A stretch of DNA of 64,000 nt from an uncultured Alphaproteobacteria bacterium (lineage in GTDB: Bacteria; Pseudomonadota; Alphaproteobacteria; UBA6615): the NCBI GenBank assembly GCA_964276015.1, contig CAXYDO010000009.1, positions 60,738 through 124,737 on the forward strand. The letters are read 5' to 3'. The translations under genes were made by a program, and so were the position numbers. The notes under the pieces are model-generated. The model made no database searches. It was not told the origin of the DNA and worked only from the letters and a program-made list of their open reading frames with translations. Below, piece after piece: positions 39,140-53,007 of the stretch. Numbering within the stretch: position 1 is the first letter of the stretch; every line of letters starts with the position of its first letter.

Positions 39140-39630
39140 GTGCGCTCATCGCCACAGACAACGATGCGGCGCACTACCGACAATGCGCCGGCATTCTCCT
39201 GCTGAATGGTGCGGGAGAAATATGGGTGGGAGAGCGCGGAGATTTCCCCGGCTCGTGGCAAATGCCTCAGGGCGGCATCGAAGCCGGCGAAGACCCTCGC
39301 ACGGCGGCGTTTCGAGAGCTCGCAGAAGAAACCGGAACGGCCAATGTTATATTCCTCGCCGAAGCCACGGAGTGGCTGAAATACGATTTTCCTGATGAAC
39401 TGCGCACCCGGGCCTGGAACGGGAAATGGCGCGGTCAGATGCAGAAATGGTTCGCGCTTCAGTTTCTTGGCGTCGATGACGAGATCGATGTTCGGGGCGT
39501 GGATCAACCGGAATTTGCGCGATGGCGCTGGGTTTTGCCTGAGGTTGTTCCAAGTCTGATCGTCGACTTTAAGCGACCTGTTTACGAAGCGGTGATTGCC
39601 GAATTTGACAGTATTTTGTCTCCGGCATAG
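39136..39630 (+). CDS. rppH: RNA pyrophosphohydrolase (NUDIX)
   Basis: The GTG 39136 start overlaps the upstream stop. YRQCAGILLLN...GSWQMPQGGIEAGEDPRTAAFRELAEETG NUDIX box. Confidence 0.85.
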   Translation: MSALIATDNDAAHYRQCAGILLLNGAGEIWVGERGDFPGSWQMPQGGIEAGEDPRTAAFRELAEETGTANVIFLAEATEWLKYDFPDELRTRAWNGKWRGQMQKWFALQFLGVDDEIDVRGVDQPEFARWRWVLPEVVPSLIVDFKRPVYEAVIAEFDSILSPA

Positions 39631-39639
39631 GGCGGCACC

Positions 39640-40488
39640 TCAAGCAGTTGCGGCCCTGTCTTGATCGATGGATGTGTCACGGCCGATACGAATATTGAGA
39701 AACCAGCAAGCCAGCCGGGCCATCACATTGGTCATGCGTCCATGGGGAACGAACCCAATGGCTTTGAACATCAGCGTGATCGCCCGTTCCACATGGCGGG
39801 TTTTGTAATAGCCATATGCGCAGGACATATAAGCGCGGATACACCGTTTGCGATGATAGGGCTCGCCGCTGTTGTTGGCAGCGTAATAGGCATAGGCGAG
39901 TTCGTCGTCCTCGCTCTCCCCGATCCGGCTCAACCCCACCATGAGGCGTTTGATCCGGCCGATATTCTCGATATCCCGGTAACGCTCCATATGGGTGTAG
40001 AAAAGTTTGAAATGACGGATTTCGTCCTGGGCGATTTTCTCACAAATCAGACGTAACACCGGTTCGCCGCTGGCTTCGCGCAAAGCCGAGTAATAGGACG
40101 ATGTCCCCACTTCGACCATGCAGCGGGCGACGAGTTCCCCGCATTTTGTTCCGCGGACCGATTCCTCGGCGGCGACGGGAAGCTGAATTTTTTTAGAGAA
40201 ACTTGCGAACCGGGTCTCGAAGTCGAAATCCGGATCAGCCAGTTGCGCCCAGCGGGCCAGAGCCTTTCCGTGCTGGATTTCCTCGAATGACCACCGGCGT
40301 GCGGCATCCTGGAATTGGGGATCATCCTTGAACACGCTGCAAAGATATTCAGCGTAAATGCCGCCATTATACTCAACCAAGGCGGCTGCCTTGATGATGC
40401 GTAGCATATCAGCGTCGACCTTTGCCGGGTCGAACAGGTCCCACGGGATATCTTCCAGTGTCCAGTATTTGTTGCGATGTTCTTTCAT
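39640..40488 (-). CDS. Ferritin-like di-iron carboxylate protein (function unknown)
   Basis: 282 aa; two E-x-x-H motifs (FEEIQH and QDEIRH) spaced as in di-iron four-helix-bundle enzymes. Confidence 0.55.
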   Translation of the reverse strand: MKEHRNKYWTLEDIPWDLFDPAKVDADMLRIIKAAALVEYNGGIYAEYLCSVFKDDPQFQDAARRWSFEEIQHGKALARWAQLADPDFDFETRFASFSKKIQLPVAAEESVRGTKCGELVARCMVEVGTSSYYSALREASGEPVLRLICEKIAQDEIRHFKLFYTHMERYRDIENIGRIKRLMVGLSRIGESEDDELAYAYYAANNSGEPYHRKRCIRAYMSCAYGYYKTRHVERAITLMFKAIGFVPHGRMTNVMARLACWFLNIRIGRDTSIDQDRAATA

Positions 40489-40539
40489 GGCGCTTCTATT
40501 AACGAAAACCGGCGGGAATTATTGCCGAGGTCTTTATTA

Positions 40540-40567
40540 TATATAGTGCGCAATCCCCGTCGGTCAA
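40540..40567 (-). promoter_or_regulatory. Sigma70-type promoter for the ferritin-like gene
   Basis: Minus strand: TTGACC, 16 nt, TATATA(TAAT). Confidence 0.4.
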
Positions 40568-40608
40568 AACACGGTGTTGACAGGAAAAATAATTCTAACT
40601 ATTTGAAA

Positions 40609-41031
40609 TTATTGATAATCACTGCTGTCGAGAGATATCAGTTTCTCTCGTGCTGTGTCCGCACGTTGCTCGGCAAGGGCCCGATCCGAGGCATTTTCAC
40701 CGGAATCAGCCATATCATCGACCGCGTTCTGCAGGTCTTTCTCGACCTGATCACGATCGATCTCGTCGAGTGGGACAGCCTCTTCGGCCAGAACGGTGCA
40801 GCGTTCGCCCGTGACTTCGGCAAATCCGCCCGCGACGAAAATGCGGGATTTAACCGCACCACCCTCGAAAATATGGATGATGCCTGGTCGCACGCTCGAG
40901 ATCACAGGCGTATGCCCCGGGAGGACGCCAAAATCGCCTTCCGCGCCGGGAACCACCACCATCTCGACCTCTTCCGAAAGAAGTAGCTTCTCCGGTGAGA
41001 CCAGTTCGAACTGAACCGCGTTGTCTGCCAC
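40609..41031 (-). CDS. atpC: F0F1 ATP synthase subunit epsilon
   Basis: 140 aa; last gene of atpHAGDC. Confidence 0.93.
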   Translation of the reverse strand: MADNAVQFELVSPEKLLLSEEVEMVVVPGAEGDFGVLPGHTPVISSVRPGIIHIFEGGAVKSRIFVAGGFAEVTGERCTVLAEEAVPLDEIDRDQVEKDLQNAVDDMADSGENASDRALAEQRADTAREKLISLDSSDYQ

Positions 41032-41043
41032 GCGAATCTCCCG

Positions 41044-42498
<1,455 letters not shown>

Positions 42499-43410
42499 CT
42501 AAAGCGCTTCCGCGCCCGAGATGATCTCGATGAGTTCGGTTGTGATGGCTGCCTGACGCATCCGGTTGTAGTCGGTCGAAAGTCGATCAATCATATCACC
42601 GGCATTGCGCGTGGCGTTGTCCATCGCGGTCATGCGTGCACCCTGTTCGGATGCAAAGGATTCGATCATGGTGCGGAACACCTGGACCGACAGATTGCGC
42701 GGCAGAAGGTCTGCCAGAATTTCCTGTTCATCAGGCTCATACTCATAGACGGCACCTGATTCCAGGCCGGAATCCTGTTCGTCAGTGGTCTCGCCATCCG
42801 CATTATCCATTTCAGGGAGCGCGAAGGGGATGAGCTGCTGCGGTGTGACGTCTTGGGTCAGCGCCGAAATGAACTTGTTGTAGATGATTGTGCAGACATC
42901 GCAATCGCCGGCTTCGAACATGTCCCGGGCGCGCTGTGCAATTTCGGCAGCGGTCTCGAACAGGGGGACCGGCTTGGTCGTGTCCTCGACCGTATCAATG
43001 ATGATGTCGTGGAATTCCCGGCGCATGATGCCACGGCCCTTGCGACCGATGATCAGCAGTTTGACCTGCTTGCCGTCTGCGCGGAGCTGAAGAATGTGCT
43101 TGCGGGTCCAGCGGCTGACCGAGCCGTTAAAGCCACCGCAGAGTCCACGATCGGATGTCACGAGGATAATGAGGTGTACGTCGTCCTTGCCGCTGCCGGC
43201 CAGAAGAGGCGGGGCGGTGCCGGCTGACACCGCGCTTTGCGCCAGAGAACCAAGCATCCGCTCCATGCGCTCGGCATAAGGGCGGGTGGCTTCGGCGTTC
43301 TCCTGCGCACGACGCAGCTTGGCCGCGGCAACCATTTTCATGGCCGACGTGATCCGCTGGGTCGATTTTACCGAACTAATTCGGACACGTAGGTCCTTGA
43401 GGCTCGCCAT
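42499..43410 (-). CDS. atpG: F0F1 ATP synthase subunit gamma
   Basis: [36 protein letters not shown]. Confidence 0.95.
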   Translation of the reverse strand: MASLKDLRVRISSVKSTQRITSAMKMVAAAKLRRAQENAEATRPYAERMERMLGSLAQSAVSAGTAPPLLAGSGKDDVHLIILVTSDRGLCGGFNGSVSRWTRKHILQLRADGKQVKLLIIGRKGRGIMRREFHDIIIDTVEDTTKPVPLFETAAEIAQRARDMFEAGDCDVCTIIYNKFISALTQDVTPQQLIPFALPEMDNADGETTDEQDSGLESGAVYEYEPDEQEILADLLPRNLSVQVFRTMIESFASEQGARMTAMDNATRNAGDMIDRLSTDYNRMRQAAITTELIEIISGAEAL

Positions 43411-43443
43411 CTGTCAGTCGCTATCCGTGTTATCCGAGCGGAA

Positions 43444-44973
<1,530 letters not shown>

Positions 44974-44976
44974 CCT

Positions 44977-45558
44977 CTACGCTCCCTTCATGGCGGATTG
45001 CAGACGTTGAAGCTTTGTCTTCAACGACGCGTCGATCATCCGCGAACCAACCCGCACAACCAGCCCACCAATTAGTGAGGGGTCAACATTGGGTTCAACG
45101 GCGACTTTTCCGCCCAGTTTTGCGCGCAGGCTCTCAGTGAGCTGCTGCAATTGTTCATCATTTAATGCCCGGGCCGACGTGACCTCGGCTGTGATTTCAC
45201 CTCGCCGTTGGGACAATTCGGCCAAATAGGCCGTAATCATCTCGGTGAGTAAGAATAAGCGGTTGTTTTCAGCCACAACACCGACAAAACGTCGGGTCAG
45301 CGGGTCCGCGCCACCCTTTTCGAGGATTGTGTTGATGGCTTTCGTCTTCTCAACCAGATTAATAACCGGCGAGCGCAATAGCTTGGTGAGATCGTCGCTC
45401 TCGGCAATCAGGGCCTTCAGGGACTCAAGATCGCTCGCGACTTCGTCGAGGCTTTTGGCCTCATCCGCGAGTTCGTATAACGCCAGCCCATACCGCTCTG
45501 CGATATTGCCGACAACGCTTGCATTTGCCGCCACTTGCGACTGCCCCCCCTGGGCCAA
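44977..45558 (-). CDS. atpH: F0F1 ATP synthase subunit delta (OSCP)
   Basis: Position and sequence (…RYGLALYELA…). The start is uncertain (TTG 45558 or a downstream GTG). Confidence 0.88.
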   Translation of the reverse strand: MAQGGQSQVAANASVVGNIAERYGLALYELADEAKSLDEVASDLESLKALIAESDDLTKLLRSPVINLVEKTKAINTILEKGGADPLTRRFVGVVAENNRLFLLTEMITAYLAELSQRRGEITAEVTSARALNDEQLQQLTESLRAKLGGKVAVEPNVDPSLIGGLVVRVGSRMIDASLKTKLQRLQSAMKGA

Positions 45559-45771
45559 TATTCAGCTGGTACGAATTGTTTTAACCGCTTGATTTAAAAC
45601 AAAAATCAACGGCTGCCTGCCAAATGACGAAATGCCACCATCGAGGCAGGCGCTTGGTAGCACAGGCCTTATGGGCTGGCAAGCGTACCGCAGCGCAAAA
45701 AGTTTACAAAACAGCCAGCTTTGAGCCGTCAGGATCGCGTCAATTCGCCGCGCGGGGGAAAAGTCGTCCGG

Positions 45772-47973
45772 CTAAAGGAAGCTATAGGGGTCTACATCAA
45801 CGCGAATGCGCGCCTGGCTGGGGATTTTGATCTGTCCGAGCCAGGCCCGAAGCACGGGCTGAATAGCAACGTCACGCGATGTCTTGAGCAGCAGGCGTCG
45901 GCGATGGCGCCCTCGCAACAGGGAAAGGGGAGCCGGGGCCGGCCCGAGAACGCGAATATCCGGGGTATTGGGACCACATCGGGCGAGTGCCCGCGCGAGG
46001 TCATCGGCAATACGTGGATCCCTGCTGGAGACGATAAGTCCGGCCAATCTCCCGAAAGGGGGCCAGCCGCCGGCCTCCCGGGTCTGGGTTTCGAGTTCAA
46101 AAAATCGCGCCTCGTCCCCTGACACAAGCGCTTGCATGACCGGGTGTTCGGGCTGGAAGGTCTGAATCAGGACGCGTCCGGGGCGTTCGGCCCGTCCGGC
46201 CCGTCCGGAAACCTGTTGCAGAATTTGAAATGTACGCTCGGCTGCACGCAGATCGCCGCCGGCCAGTCCGAGATCGGCATCGACGATGCCAACCAGGGTC
46301 AAATTGGGAAAGTGATGTCCCTTGGCCACCATCTGGGTGCCGATCAGGATGTCGAGCTCGCCTGCTTCGACCGAGTGGATGAATTTTTGCGCGGATTCCG
46401 GTCCGCGCATCGTGTCGCTGGTCATAATACCAATCCGCGCTTCGGGCAGCAGCTCGGCTATCTCTTCGGCGATGCGTTCCACGCCCGGGCCGCAGGCAAC
46501 CAGGGTGTCCTCATTTTCACATTCGGGGCAAATCTTCGGCGCAGGAACCTCATAGCCACAATGATGGCATTGCAGGCGTTTGCGGAACCGGTGCTCGGTT
46601 AGCCAGGCTGCACAACTCGGGCACTCGATCCGGTGGCCACAGGTGCGACACAGGGTCAGTGGCGCATAGCCGCGCCGGTTGAGAAACAGCATGGCCTGCT
46701 CCCCGGCGGCGATCGTTGCGGTCAGCCCGGTGACCAGCTGCGGCGAGACGAACCGGCTGGCCGCCAGTTCGGCATCGCGCATGTCGACCGTGGCAATGTC
46801 GGGCATGGTGGCGCCGCCAAACCGCTCGGGGAGCGGAATGGAATCGTAGCGCTCGCGGCTGACATTCACCCTGGTCTCCAGCGATGGAGTTGCCGAGGCC
46901 AGCACAATCGGGGCATCGGCGATCTGTGCCCGCACGATGGCCATGTCACGGCCGTGATAGGACACGCCATCTTCTTGTTTGAAGGCGGGTTCATGTTCTT
47001 CATCGACGATGATCAGCCCCAACTCTGCGAAAGGCAGGAACAGGGCTGAGCGGGCGCCGACCACGATACGCGCATTACCGGTCGAGACCGCGTGCCAGGT
47101 GGTCCGACGTCGAGCCTGTCGCAGATCCGAATGCCACACTGCGGGTGCGACCCCGAATCGTTGTTCGAAACGATCAAGCCATTGCGGGGTCAGGGCGATT
47201 TCCGGCAGCAGCACGAGCACTTGCCGGCCGGTCGCAAGCGCCGCGGCGACGGCTTCGAAGTAAACTTCTGTTTTGCCGGAGCCGGTCACGCCATCAAGCA
47301 AGGTGACGGAAAATGTATCGGCCGAAACTTTTTTGCGCAACGACATTGCTGCCGTTTCCTGCGCATCGGACAGATCAGGGCCGGGGCGTTCCAGATCGGG
47401 AGCAGCAAAGGGCGGTGGCGGAGCCACTTCGAGCCTCACGAGAGCGCCAGTATCGGCTAGCCCCTTGATGACACCGGTCGAAACGCCGGTCTCTCGCGCC
47501 AGATCACTTGCCGCCAGACTGGGTCCATCTTGCAGGAAGTCGATGACGCGTTGTCGTGCCGGGGTCATCCGCAGGTCGCCGGGGATGTCTCCAAGTTTGA
47601 AGACAACAAGCGGGCGGGGTGGCTTGAGGTCCTCGGGGCCACGCATCGCCATGCGCAGCACCGATCCGGGGGTGCTGAGGGTGTAGGCTGCCACCCAATC
47701 TACGAAGCGCCGGGCCTGGTCAGGCATGGGTGAAGTATCGAGGCGTGCGGCAATCGGTCGAAGCTTGGCCGCATCCACATCGCCGGTGGCCGGCCCCCAA
47801 ACCACCCCGGTCATTTCCCGAGATCCCAGCGGAACATGGACATGGTCACCTGGCGCGACATTCAATTCTGCGGGGACCAGATAATCATAAGGGCCGACCA
47901 CAGTTGTGGGGAGCAACACGCTGACGGCGTGGAGCTTCTCGTCCGGTGGTGTGGTGGCGTCAGTATGGGGCAT
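45772..47973 (-). CDS. priA: Primosomal protein N' (replication restart helicase PriA)
   Basis: GVTGSGKT Walker A, DEEH box, and Cys-rich zinc region CRTCGHRIECPSCAAWLTEH...CHHCG. Confidence 0.95.
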   Translation of the reverse strand: MPHTDATTPPDEKLHAVSVLLPTTVVGPYDYLVPAELNVAPGDHVHVPLGSREMTGVVWGPATGDVDAAKLRPIAARLDTSPMPDQARRFVDWVAAYTLSTPGSVLRMAMRGPEDLKPPRPLVVFKLGDIPGDLRMTPARQRVIDFLQDGPSLAASDLARETGVSTGVIKGLADTGALVRLEVAPPPPFAAPDLERPGPDLSDAQETAAMSLRKKVSADTFSVTLLDGVTGSGKTEVYFEAVAAALATGRQVLVLLPEIALTPQWLDRFEQRFGVAPAVWHSDLRQARRRTTWHAVSTGNARIVVGARSALFLPFAELGLIIVDEEHEPAFKQEDGVSYHGRDMAIVRAQIADAPIVLASATPSLETRVNVSRERYDSIPLPERFGGATMPDIATVDMRDAELAASRFVSPQLVTGLTATIAAGEQAMLFLNRRGYAPLTLCRTCGHRIECPSCAAWLTEHRFRKRLQCHHCGYEVPAPKICPECENEDTLVACGPGVERIAEEIAELLPEARIGIMTSDTMRGPESAQKFIHSVEAGELDILIGTQMVAKGHHFPNLTLVGIVDADLGLAGGDLRAAERTFQILQQVSGRAGRAERPGRVLIQTFQPEHPVMQALVSGDEARFFELETQTREAGGWPPFGRLAGLIVSSRDPRIADDLARALARCGPNTPDIRVLGPAPAPLSLLRGRHRRRLLLKTSRDVAIQPVLRAWLGQIKIPSQARIRVDVDPYSFL

Positions 47974-48096
47974 CCGTTACACTCTATCGGGCGAATCGCA
48001 GGCGTCCAACGTAAGCTGCAGGCGCGGCGAAATTAGCACCCTGGCGTTTTGAACCTGTGCCCCAAATGGGGCTTCGACACCATAAGGAAAACGCAA

Positions 48097-48786
48097 ATGA
48101 AGTTTTTTGTGGATACTGCCGATCTCGCGGAAATCCGTGATCTGGCCGCCACAGGCATGATTGACGGTGTGACCACTAATCCGTCCCTCATTGCCAAGTC
48201 CGGACGCAACATGCTCGACGTGATCGCCGAGATTTGTGATGTCGTTCCCGGCCCGGTGAGTGCCGAGGTGACGGCTACCGATCTGGAGACGATGCTGGCG
48301 GAGGCCGATGTGCTGTCCTCTGTCGCCTCCAATGTGGCCGTTAAGGTTCCGCTGACGCCGGACGGGCTGAAAACTTGCCGCGCCCTGCGCGACCGTGACA
48401 TCATGGTGAATGTGACGCTTTGTTTTTCGGCGACTCAGGCCATTCTCGCCGCCAAGGCGGGCGCGACCTTCATCTCGCCGTTCGTCGGGCGGCTCGATGA
48501 CATGGGATTGCGGGGCCTCGATCTGATCGAGGACATCGTAGATATCTACGAGCAGTACGATACTTTCAACACCGAAGTGCTGGTGGCCTCGATCCGTGGT
48601 CCGGCACATCTCGTCGAAGCGGCCCGTGCCGGCGCGCATGTGTCGACCCTGCCGCCGAACGTGATTCGGCAGCTTTACAAGCATCCGCTGACCGATAGTG
48701 GTCTTGCAGCTTTTCTCAAAGATTGGGATGCCACAGGGCAGTCGATCCTTGAACAGGCGAGCCAACGCAAGGACGCTGCCGAGTAG
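48097..48786 (+). CDS. tal: Transaldolase / fructose-6-phosphate aldolase (short type)
   Basis: [31 protein letters not shown]; AAGGAAAA RBS. Confidence 0.9.
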   Translation: MKFFVDTADLAEIRDLAATGMIDGVTTNPSLIAKSGRNMLDVIAEICDVVPGPVSAEVTATDLETMLAEADVLSSVASNVAVKVPLTPDGLKTCRALRDRDIMVNVTLCFSATQAILAAKAGATFISPFVGRLDDMGLRGLDLIEDIVDIYEQYDTFNTEVLVASIRGPAHLVEAARAGAHVSTLPPNVIRQLYKHPLTDSGLAAFLKDWDATGQSILEQASQRKDAAE

Positions 48787-48806
48787 CGGCGCGCGGGGCG
48801 GAGCGA

Positions 48807-49538
48807 GTGACCACCAAAGCACCCAAACCTGAAGCGGGCACGCCAAGCGAGTTGACGGACGACCAGGTGGTTGAATTTCTCCGGGAGAATTCAGATTTTC
48901 TCGAACGTTATCCGCAGCTACTCTCGGTGATCGTTTCGCCGGTTCGGGAGTTTGAGGACGCCGACGAAACCGGCGGCGAGGTTGTCGATCTGCAGGGTGC
49001 GATGCTCAATCGCATGCGGTCCGAGCTGGCGCAAAATGCAGAACAAAGCAGTGAGCTGATCGATGCCAGCCGTGCCAATCTGCAAAGTCAGAATCGAATC
49101 CACGCCGCCGTGACCGCATTGCTTTCGGCGCGTTCGCTCGACCATATGATCGAGATACTCACCGTCGATCTTGCGGGTTTGCTGAATGTCGATGCTGTCT
49201 CGTTGTGCCTTGAAGGGAGAACCGTAGCCCCGACCGTGAACCAGGGCGTGCGTGTGGTCCCCAAAGGCACAATCGACAAGATTGTTGAGAAGAGTCGGAC
49301 CATTACCCTGCGCGAAAATGTCGAGGGTGACCGCCGTATCTATGGCGAAGCTGCCGGGCTGGTTCGTTCCGAGGCGATGCTACGACTTTCCGTTCATGAT
49401 GACGCGCCGTGTGCCTTGCTGGCACTTGGAAGCCGGGACCCGGTGCGATTCCATGCCGGCCAGGGCGCCGAGCTGCTCACGTTCCTGGCACGTATCATGG
49501 AACACAGCATTCGGACATGGCTCGACCTGCCGCGTTGA
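48807..49538 (+). CDS. DUF484 family protein
   Basis: DDQVVEFLRENSDFLERYPQLL N-terminus. Canonical position upstream of xerC. Confidence 0.75.
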   Translation: MTTKAPKPEAGTPSELTDDQVVEFLRENSDFLERYPQLLSVIVSPVREFEDADETGGEVVDLQGAMLNRMRSELAQNAEQSSELIDASRANLQSQNRIHAAVTALLSARSLDHMIEILTVDLAGLLNVDAVSLCLEGRTVAPTVNQGVRVVPKGTIDKIVEKSRTITLRENVEGDRRIYGEAAGLVRSEAMLRLSVHDDAPCALLALGSRDPVRFHAGQGAELLTFLARIMEHSIRTWLDLPR

Positions 49539-50494
49539 AGACGAACGAACCGGGTGCTCCCGCAGCCGATCCTGGTGTCCGGGACGCCGTGCGTCGCTGG
49601 CAGGACCAATTGGCCTCCGAACGCCGGGCCTCGGCGCACACTGTCAAGGCCTATCTCCGCGACGTTACCGCGTTTCTCGAATTCTTCCAGGTGCATGGTG
49701 GTGAATTGCCGACCCTGGAGTCGCTGTCTGAGTTGAGGACCAGTGACTTTCGAGCCTGGCTCGCCATCCGTGTGGGCGACGGCTATGCCCGCACCTCGAC
49801 GGCACGCGCCCTCTCTTGTGTTCGGATGTTCTTCCGCTTTCTCGATCGCGAGGGCCTCGGTCATAATTCAGCGATCGGTGCGGTGCGGGGCCCACGTTTG
49901 CCGCGATCCATTCCCAAGGCGCTGGCGGGTGCGGAAACCGAAGATGTCATGGCCGCTGTCCTGAAGCCATCCCGGCCGGATGCGCCCGCCTGGGTAGGCG
50001 CGCGCGATCTGGCCGTGTTGCTGCTTATCTATGGTTGCGGATTGCGCATTTCCGAAGCGCTTGATCTCAATCTCGAAGATGTTCCACGGGATGATTCGTT
50101 CCGCGTCATGGGGAAGGGCGGGAAGACCCGGATGGTGCCCATTCTGCCGATCGTGCGGGACGCGATTGACGATTATGTCGCGCGGTATCCGCAAACATTG
50201 ACCCCGTCCGGTCCTCTGTTTCGCGGGGTGCGCGGCGGACGCCTGAATCCGCGCGCGATCCAGAGGCGGATGGAAGAATTACGATCTGTGCTTGGGTTGT
50301 CGCCCTCGGCGACGCCGCACGCGCTCCGGCATTCTTTCGCCACCCACCTGCTGGCATCGGGCGGTGATCTGCGCGCGATCCAGGAGTTGCTCGGCCATGC
50401 GTCCCTGTCGACCACCCAGCGTTATACCGATGTCGACAGCGCGCGTTTGCTCGACGTGTACAGCCGTGCCCATCCGCGCGCGACGCGGGATTAA
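49517..50494 (+). CDS. xerC: Tyrosine recombinase XerC
   Basis: ATG 49517; ...HALRHSFATHLL...LGHASLSTTQRYT catalytic motifs. Confidence 0.9.
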   Translation: MARPAALKTNEPGAPAADPGVRDAVRRWQDQLASERRASAHTVKAYLRDVTAFLEFFQVHGGELPTLESLSELRTSDFRAWLAIRVGDGYARTSTARALSCVRMFFRFLDREGLGHNSAIGAVRGPRLPRSIPKALAGAETEDVMAAVLKPSRPDAPAWVGARDLAVLLLIYGCGLRISEALDLNLEDVPRDDSFRVMGKGGKTRMVPILPIVRDAIDDYVARYPQTLTPSGPLFRGVRGGRLNPRAIQRRMEELRSVLGLSPSATPHALRHSFATHLLASGGDLRAIQELLGHASLSTTQRYTDVDSARLLDVYSRAHPRATRD

Positions 50495-51207
50495 TTGCGG
50501 AAGAAAACCGCGTCGTATTCCAGCATGCGCCCGTAATGGCGGCTCCAGTAGCCGGGAATTATTAGATGTGGCCGGAATCCTTTCTCGGCCATACGCGCGA
50601 GAAGTGGCAGGTGGTCCGGCTGGCCATCGTAGATCGGCTGGATCGACAGTTCCAGTTGTAGCCCGGCGATTTGTGCCCACGCGTCGCCGATACCGTCGAG
50701 CACTTCGGCCTCATAGCCCTGCGTGTCAGATTTGAGAAACAGGTTTTTTGCGCCTGCACCGTGGGCGTCGATGGCCGCGGCCACTGTGGTGACCGCCACC
50801 TTTTCGCTCGTCTCGGCGCGGGTGCTGGCGAGGCGCGCATGGGCGGTGGCATCGAGGGAGAGTATCGAGCTCATATCGGTCTCGCCGGAAATATTGATTT
50901 CGACCTCGCCGGAGATGGCGCCTACCGCCGTGCGGGGCGCGATCTCCCAGAGCGGATCCGTTGTGGCGTGGCGCTCAAGTTCGTCGCGAATACCTGACAG
51001 CGGTTCAAAGGATACGATCCTTCCAGCATAGCCGTTGGTGCGGATGGCGCGGGCATATTGGCCGGTGTTGGCGCCGATATCGAAGACACAATCGATGTCG
51101 TGCAGGGAAAGGGAGTTGATCAGCCGTTCCCAATGGGGTGCGGACCCGGGAAACGGTGAAATATCGTATCCGAGGCGACGCACAAACTTGCGGAACTTCC
51201 CGACCAT
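50491..51207 (-). CDS. FkbM family methyltransferase
   Basis: ...VFDIGANTGQYA... SAM motif. The start is taken at ATG 51207 (MVGKFRKFVRRLGYD). Its stop overlaps the xerC stop (TTAA). Confidence 0.75.
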   Translation of the reverse strand: MVGKFRKFVRRLGYDISPFPGSAPHWERLINSLSLHDIDCVFDIGANTGQYARAIRTNGYAGRIVSFEPLSGIRDELERHATTDPLWEIAPRTAVGAISGEVEINISGETDMSSILSLDATAHARLASTRAETSEKVAVTTVAAAIDAHGAGAKNLFLKSDTQGYEAEVLDGIGDAWAQIAGLQLELSIQPIYDGQPDHLPLLARMAEKGFRPHLIIPGYWSRHYGRMLEYDAVFFRN

Positions 51208-51359
51208 TTTCGTCTGTCCTGTTTGCGGGTCTCGGCGAGACCTGTATCGGGCATATGCCGTGAAACGTGCATGAATGCAATCAACGGCGTGGCACATGCC
51301 CAATTGCGGGTGAGGCGTTAGGCAGGTGGCCTCGGGGTTCTCGTTAAGATTGTTGGTGA

Positions 51360-53007
51360 CGTGTATTCGACTCATCTGACATTGCCAAAGATCTTGTTTC
51401 CGGTCTGATCGGGCGTCTCCTTGCGCCGGTTGCGATCGTGGTCCTGATCGCGCTGGCGGCGGTGCTGAGCATGATCTGGGTCGCCGCCCGTGGGCAGGAC
51501 GAGGTTGCCAAACAGGATTCGGCTAACCTGATGCGGGCCGTCACTGAGGGGATCGAGCGCGATCTTGGCCAGCTCGTTTATGACTACTCATAGTGAGACC
51601 AGGCGGTTCTGAACCTGCTCGTCCAACCTAATCGTGAATGGGCAGGGGGCAATATAGGCAACTATGCGGCTGAGACGTTTGATGTCAGTCAAACCTTTGT
51701 CGTTTCCGCAACGGATCAGACCTTGTTCGCGTTCCGCGACGGGGTGGCGTCTCGCTATTATGCTTTGACCTTTTTTGGTTCGCCTCTGACCCGCCATATC
51801 GGTGCTGCCCGCAAAACACCTATGGTCGAGCCCGGGCCGGTTTCGGACTTTTATGCCCGCGAAGACGGGGTTTATTTGGTCGCCGTAAGTGCGATCACGC
51901 CGGAGAATCCGACGGCAGGACAGTTGCGGTATGAACCGCGCCCTCTGTTGCTTCACGCCAAGCGTATTTCTGGTGATTTACTGAACCTGCTTGCGTCCCG
52001 ATTTGGGTTTGTCGGGCTCGAATTGTCGATAACCGAACTAACAGTCACACGTGAGCGACTTCCGTTGGCTTGATGGTGTATCGGTGGGCTGGCTCGTCTG
52101 GACGCCGCCGCATCCCGGTAGTGCGCTATTTGCCGAAGTTCTACCCTGGACGGCTCTGGGGTTTTTGTTGCTGGGTATCCTCGGGTTTGTTTTCGTCCGC
52201 CGGGTTATGTGGACGGCTCACAAACTTGAGGAAGATGCGCGGGCGCTGGCCGAAAAGGACCATCAACTCGCCCAGACCAGCAAGCTGGCGGTGCTCGGCG
52301 AAATGGCCGCTGGCGTGGTCCATGAGCTGAACCAGCCGTTGAATATTACTCGGATGGCCTCAGATTCTACCCAAACGTTGCTGCGCCAGCATGGTGACGC
52401 AACTGATACGGACCGGCTCAGCGAGCAGCTGACGGTCATCGGCGGACAAACCCGGCGTATGGCTGAAACAATCCAGAGCATGCGAATTTTGAGCTGCGAC
52501 GATTATGGGCGCAAATCCGCATTTGATCCGGTGCGTGCGACCAATCAGGTGCTGTCCTGGCTGCGTCCCGAACTGGCCGAGCGGGCGATCGTGGTGACCT
52601 TTCAGGCGCCTGCGGAATGCGGACGAATATTTGGGGAGCCCGCGCGGTTCGGACAGGTGATTGTGAACCTGATCCTCAACGCCCGTGATGCCATTCAGCG
52701 ACCACGTGATGGTCAGCCATCGCGCGAAGGTGAAATTCGAGTCGAAATCTCTGACGATAAATCTTGTGACCTTGTTCGGGTCTTGGTTCACGACAATGGG
52801 GGTGGCATTGCTGAGGAAAACCTCGGGCGGCTGTTCGATCCCTTTTTCACGACCAAGGCGCCTGGTGATGGAACCGGGCTGGGTTTGTCGATTTCCTATG
52901 GCATTGTGCTTGGGATGGATGGGGAATTAGATGTGGCCAATCACCCGGAAGGTACGACGTTCAGCATCGAACTGCTCCGGGTCGTTCCAAAGGACAAATC
53001 AGTATGA
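51360..53007 (+). pseudogene. CHASE4-like sensor histidine kinase, disrupted (no start codon, tandem TAG-TGA, +1 frameshift)
   Basis: Frame A (51360..52073): TM segment plus a periplasmic domain, ...GQLVYDYS-[TAG 51591][TGA 51594]-DQAVLNLLVQPNREWAGGNIG...PLLLHAKRISGDLL... Frame A stops at 52071. The kinase core (TM, HisKA HELNQPL, HATPase) continues in frame +1 as ORF 52051..53007. Confidence 0.7.

Noticed and set aside
40531-40554. A dif-like XerCD site (ATTGCGCACTA-TATATA-ATAAAGA on the minus strand) in the AT-rich stretch near atpC.
   Set aside because: Only the left arm and the spacer resemble dif. The normally best-conserved XerD arm (TTATGTTAAAT-like) is absent. The sequence is better explained as the -10 region of the ferritin-like gene promoter.
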